Virus record (IMG/VR): IMGVR_UViG_3300007747_000008 | Location: 109,828 to 173,827 of that record | Length of the DNA stretch: 64,000 nt | Strand: one strand, 5' to 3' | Source: a virus | Lineage: Duplodnaviria > Heunggongvirae > Uroviricota > Caudoviricetes | Shown here: positions 33,409 through 40,806 of the stretch, piece after piece | How positions within the stretch are numbered: the stretch's first letter is position 1 | Layout of the letters: each line of letters starts with the position of its first letter | Translations under genes and position numbers: made by a program | The notes under the pieces: generated by a model | What the model was told of the DNA's origin: nothing | The model's database searches: none | Seen by the model: only the letters and a program-made list of their open reading frames with translations

Positions 33409-33965
33409 AAAATGCATTGTTTATGGTGATTGCATTCTTGGTTGTATTTGCACTTGGAGCAATTGGCCTAGTTGGTATGTACAGTGGTACACATGACCAA
33501 GCAGTTGATTTTGAAAGTAATATCAAACGCTTCTATGATGCATCTGAAAACGATTTGAGTACTTACACACTAACAATTAAAGAGAAGACTCAGATCTCTG
33601 ATATGTATGTGAGTGATTTACGTTCAGTTATCGGTGCTTATTTCAACGGGAAACAAGGTGTAACTGAAAAGCAAGTAATGTCTGTAATTCAGCAACATAT
33701 CCCAAACTTGGATAGTAAGATTTATCAAGAACTATTGGCAACAATTGAATCTGGACGTAAGCAGTTTAGTAATACACAAAAAATGAAAATTGACCAATGT
33801 GCTTCATACGATAAGTTTTTGAAAGGTTTTTGGAATAGTAAGGTAATTGACCATACACAATTCCCATCTAAAGATATTGCACACTACTGTGTTGTTATCT
33901 CAGACCAGCAAACTCGCACCGCAATGGAAACGGGTATTCAAGAACCAATTAGTTTGAAAAAGTAA
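33405..33965 (+). CDS. LemA-family membrane protein
   Basis: N-terminal TM helix, and the C-terminal IPNLDSKIYQELLATIESGRKQFSNTQKMKIDQCASYDKF aligns with the LemA core. Confidence 0.55.
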   Translation: MKNALFMVIAFLVVFALGAIGLVGMYSGTHDQAVDFESNIKRFYDASENDLSTYTLTIKEKTQISDMYVSDLRSVIGAYFNGKQGVTEKQVMSVIQQHIPNLDSKIYQELLATIESGRKQFSNTQKMKIDQCASYDKFLKGFWNSKVIDHTQFPSKDIAHYCVVISDQQTRTAMETGIQEPISLKK

Positions 33966-33972
33966 TTTAATA

Positions 33973-34001
33973 CGCGAGTACTTTTAAAGTACTCGCTTTT
34001 T
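33973..34001 (+). terminator. Rho-independent terminator
   Basis: GCGAGTACTTTTAAAGTACTCGC followed by a T6 run. Confidence 0.65.
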
Positions 34002-34015
34002 TATAGGTATTTTAT

Positions 34016-34672
34016 ATGGCAAAATATATGGCAAAATATGGTAATTTCGATACATGGATGAATAATACTTTAGTACTAATTCAAATTATACAAGAATTAG
34101 ACCGGGCATATATTCGTAATATTACTAGCTATACTTCACCTGAGTTTAGTTTCAAATACAATCGAGAAGAGTGTTGCCAAACAACATTCAAATATAATGT
34201 TAAAACCGAAACAAACGTACCCATCGCCACACAATCAATTGGTGTACATCCAGTAGTATCGACTTGGACTAATCCACATTCGGTCGCAGCCGGTAAAATT
34301 GGAAGTAATGCGTTACCATCAGCCATGATGGGTTCGTATATGGTATCATCATCAATTGACCAAATAATTATAAATTGTGATTCATGTTTTAAAATAAACT
34401 ACATAAAATGGGTTCGAAAAAATTCACAATCTACTCAAGGAATAATTAGTACTTCTGAACTATCTAACTTTGAATACCAAGATGGTGGAATGGTTAGAAA
34501 TTCATTTCTATTCTTACCGGATGACAAATTGATGATCGATGGTGTTGTATATAAACCAGATTCACCTGATGCGTTCAATAATGATATTTCTGCAACCGAT
34601 GAAGAACAGTCTGTTAGATTTTTAGATATGTTACATTTTAGGGAAAAATTTAACACAGGACTTATTAACTAA
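34016..34672 (+). CDS. Hypothetical protein
   Basis: ORF. Confidence 0.5.
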   Translation: MAKYMAKYGNFDTWMNNTLVLIQIIQELDRAYIRNITSYTSPEFSFKYNREECCQTTFKYNVKTETNVPIATQSIGVHPVVSTWTNPHSVAAGKIGSNALPSAMMGSYMVSSSIDQIIINCDSCFKINYIKWVRKNSQSTQGIISTSELSNFEYQDGGMVRNSFLFLPDDKLMIDGVVYKPDSPDAFNNDISATDEEQSVRFLDMLHFREKFNTGLIN

Positions 34673-35193
34673 TGAACTACATCAGCAATAGAACTTTATT
34701 AAAAAATGTTGATTTACTAAAAGAATTACAAGAATATATAGAACAAGATTTAGATAAAATCTCAATGTTTGATTATACTGCATTTTCACATTTGGACTCT
34801 GACCAATTTACTATTGATGGGATTAACGTCACAATCGCCCAAAATAAAATTGAGTTGTGTAATTTTTATTCTATTGATTTTTATGATGCATATGACCCGT
34901 ACTATCACGGTCACGGCAGCTATAAAACCACAAAGGGTGAATTTGGACTTTCCATCAATATTTGTAATTCAAATGTAACTTCGATAAAATGTACTTGCAG
35001 ATACAATAATGATCAGTCCAGTGATTTTTTAAAATTATATGTGGGTGAAAAAAAATACTTGATCTCCAACACGTGGGTTGATAGAATAGGTTTTGAAGAA
35101 ATGGTTTTCCAAGAAAGTACAGTTACAGCACCGGAACCATTTGATATAAATTTTATTTCAAATATGTTAACCAAACTACAGGTAACCAACTAA
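34672..35193 (+). CDS. Hypothetical protein
   Basis: ORF with an ATGA overlap. Confidence 0.5.
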   Translation: MNYISNRTLLKNVDLLKELQEYIEQDLDKISMFDYTAFSHLDSDQFTIDGINVTIAQNKIELCNFYSIDFYDAYDPYYHGHGSYKTTKGEFGLSINICNSNVTSIKCTCRYNNDQSSDFLKLYVGEKKYLISNTWVDRIGFEEMVFQESTVTAPEPFDINFISNMLTKLQVTN

Positions 35194-35381
35194 TGCAATA
35201 TATCCTTTTCATTACAGTTCTACATTTTGCTAGTACTAATCAAGATCGTGCATTGAATATTGAAACTATTCAAGTACCAACAACATCGTGTACTGAAACT
35301 GAAAAGGATATACGTGAATACTACAAAAATGAACGGTACTCACGTATAATCAACTCAAAATGTATCCAAGTGGGGAAATAA
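35193..35381 (+). CDS. Hypothetical small protein
   Basis: ORF. Confidence 0.35.
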   Translation: MQYILFITVLHFASTNQDRALNIETIQVPTTSCTETEKDIREYYKNERYSRIINSKCIQVGK

Positions 35382-35382
35382 T

Positions 35383-35760
35383 ATGATCTGGATTACTTTA
35401 ATTACCATCGTTACATTATATGTATTGTACTTCACATTTCGTCTACTATCTGGTATACAAGGTGTTGTACAGAAAACAGAAACAAATTCATCATTTGGGT
35501 TTATTTTTGATTACCCAAAATCAAGTTCAGTTTTAATTCTAGTAATACTGGCTTTGAGTTTATTCCAGTACAAAAATCATATTTACAACATGTATGATTG
35601 TAGTGTACAGAAAACTATTCACAAAGCAGCAAATAGTGAGTACTCATGGTATAATGGAGAGTGCAACTTCCAAGATAAAAATGGAGTATTCATCAATATG
35701 AAGCGTGTACGTGGTCTACCAGAAGGTACAGTAGATACGTCTGACAACGATCATAACTAA
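35383..35760 (+). CDS. Small membrane protein
   Basis: Two hydrophobic segments. Confidence 0.45.
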   Translation: MIWITLITIVTLYVLYFTFRLLSGIQGVVQKTETNSSFGFIFDYPKSSSVLILVILALSLFQYKNHIYNMYDCSVQKTIHKAANSEYSWYNGECNFQDKNGVFINMKRVRGLPEGTVDTSDNDHN

Positions 35761-35769
35761 GGAGATTAT

Positions 35770-36264
35770 ATGTTTGAATGGGATCATAAACAACACTATG
35801 ATCCTACCGAAGACGGTGTAACTCATATTAATACATATAGTAAGGGTAAAACCGAATTGGGGAGGATGCTATCAAATTTTGCATACTCCCCTTTTGTATA
35901 TGCACCATATGGAAAGTTTAATTCAGTTGAAGGATTTTACTATTGGTACTTAACTGGTCAAAAACATGATGACTTGAGAACATTAAGCGGAACATATGCA
36001 AAGGTTCAAGGTAGGAAGTATGAAGTTGATAGGACTGAACATGTTCTATCGGAAGATACAATAGAAATAATGCAAGGTGCAATGATATGCAAGATTGCAC
36101 AGAATAAAAAACTACAAGAAATGTTAATTTCCAGTACTCTTGAATTTACACATTATTATGTGTATTTTGGTAAAGTCATAAATCCATTTGATGGTTATGA
36201 TTGGTTTTCTGATACACTGGAGGATATAAGAACAGCTTTAAAATCTGGGACAGATGACATTTAA
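35770..36264 (+). CDS. NADAR/YbiA-like (DUF1768) protein, putative ADP-ribose N-glycohydrolase
   Basis: LSNFA, YGKFNSVEGFYYWYLTGQ (YbiA: DGKTWPTSEHYFQAQKF) and the helix IMQGAMICKIAQNKKLQEML. Confidence 0.6.
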   Translation: MFEWDHKQHYDPTEDGVTHINTYSKGKTELGRMLSNFAYSPFVYAPYGKFNSVEGFYYWYLTGQKHDDLRTLSGTYAKVQGRKYEVDRTEHVLSEDTIEIMQGAMICKIAQNKKLQEMLISSTLEFTHYYVYFGKVINPFDGYDWFSDTLEDIRTALKSGTDDI

Positions 36265-36275
36265 TGTGATATAAT
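36247..36275 (+). promoter_or_regulatory. GGGACA-N17-TGTGATATAAT promoter driving the ncRNA
   Basis: GGGACA at 36247 and TATAAT at 36270-36275. No ORF is adjacent. Confidence 0.55.
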
Positions 36276-36281
36276 ATTAGA

Positions 36282-36703
36282 ATAATTGTGGATGCGTTAG
36301 CATATGATTTAAACCTAGTCCCTCGAAAAGTAGAGGGTAGATGAGCATGACCACACATGCGAAGTGCAGATGAAACCCGTACGCGGCAATGTGGCACTCT
36401 AAATGGACACGTAAGGCACGTTAAGTCCACTTGATAGACATATGAGGTCACTCACCAAAATGCTAAGGGAGACGCTTAGGCGTCACATACAAGGCTTGTT
36501 CGAATAGGCTTTGTGTGAGTGTAGTAAGACTACGACCGTTGCACATGACCGTGATAGGGAGAAACAGAGCAACCCGCTTCCGTTCCCTGACCATTTTAGT
36601 ACGCTATAGTTGCGTCTAAAATTCAGAGAAATTCACGATTCGAAAATTCCGAGGCTACCAGCGTCAGAACATTAATTCAGTACATTAAGTTGTACTTTTT
36701 TAT
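36282..36703 (+). ncRNA. Structured ncRNA of about 420 nt, family unknown
   Basis: GC content is locally raised. Numerous perfect hairpins are present (CCCTC..GAGGG, GGACACGT..ACGTnnGTCC, CTAAG..CTTAG, GTAGT..ACTAC). The 5' end GATGC..TAGC can pair with the 3' end GCTA..GCGTC. It has its own promoter and terminator and no ORF of 60 aa or more. Confidence 0.55.
36678..36703 (+). terminator. Rho-independent terminator ending the ncRNA
   Basis: AGTACA-TTAAGT-TGTACT followed by TTTTTTATT. Confidence 0.6.
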
Positions 36704-36866
36704 TGTCTTCAGTCCCCCAGTGGGGGATGAAATTGCCTCTCAAACCTCGTCAGTATTAAAAGTACAATAATGAATTGAGTTACGATAATACGAACGGAGT
36801 GAGTATTAAGAGTAACGAGAATTCTTTGGCTATCGAAGATAGACAAATTATAACTTAGGAAACAAT

Positions 36867-37160
36867 ATGATTACAGCAAAAGAATTACATGACAAAGCAA
36901 ATGAGATTGGTGATACATACATACCCGAATCGGTAATTGATTCTATGGCTGATGCCGCAAAAAAAGGATTGTACTCAATTACATTATTAGCAGATGCTGA
37001 TTTTGGAGTTGAGTGCAGAGTGAATTCTGATGCACCACAGCAACATGCTGAGTTCGATAGAATTAAAAAATGTCTAGAATCACATGGATATACAGTTGAA
37101 TTTTTATATCCATACAGTGATAATAGATTCCCTATTGTTGGAGTAATAGTGTCATGGTAA
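36867..37160 (+). CDS. Hypothetical protein
   Basis: ORF. Confidence 0.5.
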   Translation: MITAKELHDKANEIGDTYIPESVIDSMADAAKKGLYSITLLADADFGVECRVNSDAPQQHAEFDRIKKCLESHGYTVEFLYPYSDNRFPIVGVIVSW

Positions 37161-37453
37161 CTGTACAATCATTACTAAACGAACTAAACTCACTATTTTC
37201 GGGTTGGGAAGAATCAGGACACCCATATACGGATGATATACATGTTAGTCATGAACATTTTTCTGTTACGTATTCAGCACGATATAAAGATTACAGATCA
37301 GTGAGTAATGTAATTACATTTGATGAAACCATACTTAAAGGATATAGTGCTGTTTCAGCAACTGAATCAGTACGTGACTTAAAGAAACAGATAAAAGAAC
37401 AATTAGATTTAATTAAATCTATATATGAATCAATGGAAGGTAATTATGATTGA
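37154..37453 (+). CDS. Hypothetical protein
   Basis: ORF. Confidence 0.45.
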   Translation: MVTVQSLLNELNSLFSGWEESGHPYTDDIHVSHEHFSVTYSARYKDYRSVSNVITFDETILKGYSAVSATESVRDLKKQIKEQLDLIKSIYESMEGNYD

Positions 37454-38414
37454 CAAGAAAAATCGTGCAATTGGTGCGTTAGTAGGACTTGCAGTAGGTG
37501 ATGCAGTTGGAACAACTTTAGAATTTAAAGAACGTGATAGTGAAAATATCACAGATATGGTCGGTGGTGGTCCTTTTCAGTTAGAACCGGGGCAGTGGAC
37601 TGATGATACAAGTATGGCATTATGCTTAGGCTATGCATTACTCAAAGGACATGAAATTAATAGTATTGATTGGGCAACTGAACAACTAAGTAATTACCAA
37701 AACTGGTATAAAAATGGATATTGTAGTTCCAATGGCTATTGTTTTGATATCGGTGGTACTACTAGAACTGCAATTCAAAATTTTATTAAATCCGGGTCAT
37801 TAACCAATAATAGCCATTTCTTAGATTCAGGTAATGGTAGCTTGATGCGTCTAGCTCCTATTCCGATTTATTACAATGCTGTTTATGGCGTAGAAAAGTA
37901 CAATACCTTAGTACAAGCAGCGGTTATGAGTAGTATAACAACCCATGCAAGTTCATTGTGTATTCAATCATGTATTGCATTTGCCACATTACTTAATCGA
38001 GCTATTAATGGTATTCAAATTCCAGATGGTGTAGAACCATCATCCAGTACTAAAGGTTCTTTACTTACATTGCCTGAACAAATCTGGGAATTGACCGGTG
38101 TGAATGAGACATTGGTTATTGACATTATGAATGGATCTTATAAAACCAAAACTCGTGACCAGATCAGAAGTTCGGGATATGTGATTGATTCACTAGAAGC
38201 TGCTTTGTGGGCATTCTACAGTACTGACAACTTTAAAGATGCAATCTTATTAGCTGCAAACTTAGGTGATGATGCTGACACTGTAGCTGCAATTACCGGT
38301 CAGCTTGCCGGGGCATATTATGGCCTAGATGGTATCCCTACCGAGTGGGTACAGAAGATTACAAAGAAAGATGATATTTTAAAATTAGCAGAGGACTTGT
38401 ATAATGAAAATTGA
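37446..38414 (+). CDS. ADP-ribosylglycohydrolase (ARH/DraG family)
   Basis: GALVGLAVGDAVGT, GQWTDDTSMAL, GNGSLMRLAP and the C-terminal GDDADTVAAITGQLAGAYYG. Start chosen at the ATG preceded by a GGAAGG Shine-Dalgarno. Confidence 0.8.
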   Translation: MIDKKNRAIGALVGLAVGDAVGTTLEFKERDSENITDMVGGGPFQLEPGQWTDDTSMALCLGYALLKGHEINSIDWATEQLSNYQNWYKNGYCSSNGYCFDIGGTTRTAIQNFIKSGSLTNNSHFLDSGNGSLMRLAPIPIYYNAVYGVEKYNTLVQAAVMSSITTHASSLCIQSCIAFATLLNRAINGIQIPDGVEPSSSTKGSLLTLPEQIWELTGVNETLVIDIMNGSYKTKTRDQIRSSGYVIDSLEAALWAFYSTDNFKDAILLAANLGDDADTVAAITGQLAGAYYGLDGIPTEWVQKITKKDDILKLAEDLYNEN

Positions 38415-38763
38415 GAATGTTATTTCAATGTTAAACTCTATTTCTGATACCACTAGTGGTTCTAATTTGCAATATCGCTTTGAAAAAGAAATATTGAACG
38501 ATGCTGAGTTTTCCATTAACCACATCTTCACTGATAAGAGACAAGCGGATTTTTACTATTCAGTACTTAAAGATATACCCAACAACGAATTAGAACTAAT
38601 AACTAGTACTACTTCGATATCAGAAAAAGTTCCATATGTTGCATATCTTCCAGAAATTACAATTCTTTTCAAGTACGTTATCACCCATAGTGAATTTCGT
38701 TATAATTTAAAATTTAAAAGTACGTTCAATAAAATCAAAGAGGGCTTTACATATGGGAATTAA
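38404..38763 (+). CDS. Hypothetical protein
   Basis: ORF. Confidence 0.45.
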   Translation: MKIENVISMLNSISDTTSGSNLQYRFEKEILNDAEFSINHIFTDKRQADFYYSVLKDIPNNELELITSTTSISEKVPYVAYLPEITILFKYVITHSEFRYNLKFKSTFNKIKEGFTYGN

Positions 38764-39109
38764 TATGTCATACTGTAGGTTTATGAATACCTCACAGGCG
38801 ATGCAAGAAATCATTGATAAAATGTATGAAGAAGATTTCGACCCAGCAAAACTTGCACCACATGAAAAACAAGCATATGATGCTCTTTATGATCAATGTG
38901 AAACTATTAAAAGTCGTCTTGATGAGCTTGAATACAGTGAATGGGATGATGATGAAGAAAATCACTACGATCCTGAATACGGTGACCAGAAGATTTGTGA
39001 ATGCGGTCATGAGTACTATCGACATTTCGATTCATATGACGACATGAGAGATGTAGGGTGCAAGTACTGTAACTGTAATAACTTCAAAAAAAGACTTGAC
39101 GAGGAATAA
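38753..39109 (+). CDS. Acidic protein with a C-terminal Cys/His cluster (putative Zn-binding)
   Basis: CECGHEYYRH...CKYCNC. Confidence 0.45.
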   Translation: MGINMSYCRFMNTSQAMQEIIDKMYEEDFDPAKLAPHEKQAYDALYDQCETIKSRLDELEYSEWDDDEENHYDPEYGDQKICECGHEYYRHFDSYDDMRDVGCKYCNCNNFKKRLDEE

Positions 39110-39154
39110 CAAAACTGTTATTCTTTGGGGACAAATTAATTCGAGGATTTAGAC

Positions 39155-39622
39155 ATGAAATATTTTATGGTAAATGAGACAGACGCGAGTGGTGTTGGAA
39201 GTCTGGATTTCACTTATTATGCTCTTTCGGACGAAAGCGATATCCAAGATGCTAAAGATATCTACACTGAGGAAAATCCTTGGGTAAACTATCAAGAATG
39301 TAGTCGCATGAAAGCGTTGGAGATTGATGAAAGTACTTATAATGCTGGTGTAGCTTTTAATCGCTATATTGAAGTTAATATTGAAGCTTTCAATCGTAGC
39401 AGTACTCCTTCTACCGCCCCACGATACAATGGATACTTACCAGAATTTGAAAACATGTTCCCGATTCGTAAGTGGGCAGAAATGTTTGCACGTCCTAACA
39501 AATTGGTACGTGTTGGGTATCCTAAATTACATAATGTATACAGAATGGATGACAAGCGTAATCTACATTTTGTATATCACTACTGTAGTGATTATGATTA
39601 TAGAGATTTACGTAAAGAATGA
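39155..39622 (+). CDS. Hypothetical protein
   Basis: ORF. Confidence 0.5.
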   Translation: MKYFMVNETDASGVGSLDFTYYALSDESDIQDAKDIYTEENPWVNYQECSRMKALEIDESTYNAGVAFNRYIEVNIEAFNRSSTPSTAPRYNGYLPEFENMFPIRKWAEMFARPNKLVRVGYPKLHNVYRMDDKRNLHFVYHYCSDYDYRDLRKE

Positions 39623-39825
39623 AAAACACAGAAAACCTTTATACTGAAAAAACATACTGCAATAATTGTAATGTAGTATATCAGGTGCAGACAACTGTAT
39701 GTGAAAAATGTGGTTGTACTTTTAACTACAATCATTTTTGGGTTGATGATCGACACATAGAACTACAACGTTTCAGGGCTGCAAGATCAATGCACCAATA
39801 CAATTTAAAAATGGGAAACATATAA
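39619..39825 (+). CDS. Small zinc-ribbon protein
   Basis: CNNCN...CEKCGC. Confidence 0.4.
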   Translation: MKNTENLYTEKTYCNNCNVVYQVQTTVCEKCGCTFNYNHFWVDDRHIELQRFRAARSMHQYNLKMGNI

Positions 39826-40226
39826 TGAGCATTAGTGAAAAAATTAAAAGTATTGATTTTTTGAAAAATCGTAAAGTAATTGACCAGACTGATCATTCAG
39901 GTATTGGTATGATTGGTTTTAAACATAATGAAAAAGACGTGTATAGTTCAATCATTTTTTCTGAAAAAAGTACAAACGGTGTAGTTCCAGCTATAGTAAT
40001 GATTTCATCTTTGGGTGCCTTACTTAAGCTAGACACTGGTGAAAATCAAATTACTATTTCCATCTCATCTGCTGGTGAAAGGGAAGGATTTTTTGAAACC
40101 TTCCCTAGTTCATTAGATGAAGGTGAATTCTTTCAAAACTCGTTAATTCACGATTTCCGTCATATTACTTATGAGCACATTGTTGCCCTACGTGATGTAT
40201 TGAAATTGAATGATGCCCAAGACTAA
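39825..40226 (+). CDS. Member of the multi-copy E-x-FFQ-x-S C-terminal-motif family
   Basis: The C-terminus carries EGEFFQNSLIHDF... Confidence 0.5.
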   Translation: MSISEKIKSIDFLKNRKVIDQTDHSGIGMIGFKHNEKDVYSSIIFSEKSTNGVVPAIVMISSLGALLKLDTGENQITISISSAGEREGFFETFPSSLDEGEFFQNSLIHDFRHITYEHIVALRDVLKLNDAQD

Positions 40227-40674
40227 AAATATCAAGCAGCAGTTAAAATATATCATAAAACAGGGATACACCGACGATGGTTGTATTGATTTGTACAATA
40301 GGTTAAAATCATATACCGAATACTTCAATTATAACACATCGTCAGAAACAATATTCCATCTTCCAGATCGTTCAATGAATATGACAATATCATGGAATGG
40401 AACATCATCTAACATTACTGCATTCATTGGAAGAATTAATAAGGAATGTAGAATAATATCATTTGAATATGATAATACAATTGTTATTGGAAAGGCAAAT
40501 TCAAAAGAAAACTTAAAAATTTATAATTGTGATAGTTCACCAACATATGATGATTTACGAAATATAAACATAGATGAAGAAATCTATCAGTACTTAATCG
40601 TATTTCGTATATTGGTAACTCCGATGATTGATCATATTTTAAAACAACACATAACAAAGTTGGGACAAAACTGA
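40210..40674 (+). CDS. Hypothetical protein
   Basis: ORF. Confidence 0.45.
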   Translation: MMPKTKNIKQQLKYIIKQGYTDDGCIDLYNRLKSYTEYFNYNTSSETIFHLPDRSMNMTISWNGTSSNITAFIGRINKECRIISFEYDNTIVIGKANSKENLKIYNCDSSPTYDDLRNINIDEEIYQYLIVFRILVTPMIDHILKQHITKLGQN

Positions 40675-40690
40675 GTTTATGTGATATAAT
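40662..40690 (+). promoter_or_regulatory. GGGACA-N17-TGTGATATAAT promoter upstream of a tRNA
   Basis: GGGACA at 40662 and TATAAT at 40685-40690. The tRNA begins 9 nt later. Confidence 0.55.
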
Positions 40691-40698
40691 ATAATAAC

Positions 40699-40789
40699 GG
40701 TAGGTTGGCTGAGTCGGCCTATAGCATCTGCCTACTAAGCAGAAGATGGAGAAATCCGTCCGTGGGTTCGAATCCCACACCTACCTCCA
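40699..40789 (+). tRNA. Type II (long variable arm) tRNA, Ser-like, with an apparent anticodon ACT
   Basis: Acceptor GGTAGGT/ACCTACC, a 3-bp D-stem, anticodon stem TCTGC/GCAGA with loop CTACTAA, a long variable arm, T-arm GTGGG-TTCGAAT-CCCAC, and an encoded CCA. Confidence 0.6.
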
Positions 40790-40806
40790 ACCAAAAGGAT
40801 CTAATA

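Noticed and set aside
36176-36451. Minus-strand 91-aa ORF covering the 5' part of the ncRNA region.
   Set aside because: It runs antisense across the NADAR gene end and the promoter. The region's composition and hairpin density fit RNA rather than protein. It has no ribosome-binding site.
36282-36703. Group I or group II intron, tmRNA or retron identity for the large ncRNA.
   Set aside because: It is not inside any gene or tRNA. No GACUA/UAGUC P7 pair, no domain-V-like hairpin, no tag-peptide reading frame with a tRNA-like end, and no adjacent reverse transcriptase were found. The RNase P resemblance is kept only as an unverified possibility in the finding.
39122-39154. GGGGACAAATT box upstream of 39155 as a twelfth copy of the GGGACA promoter.
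   Set aside because: No TATAAT-like -10 lies at the required 17-bp spacing. It may be a decayed copy.
40705-40806. 5' extension of the six-frame ORF (MAESAYSICLLSRRW...) upstream of 40807.
   Set aside because: The extension is the tRNA gene read as protein. The real CDS starts at the ATG at 40807. The same applies to 61647-61730, which lies inside tRNA-Ser.
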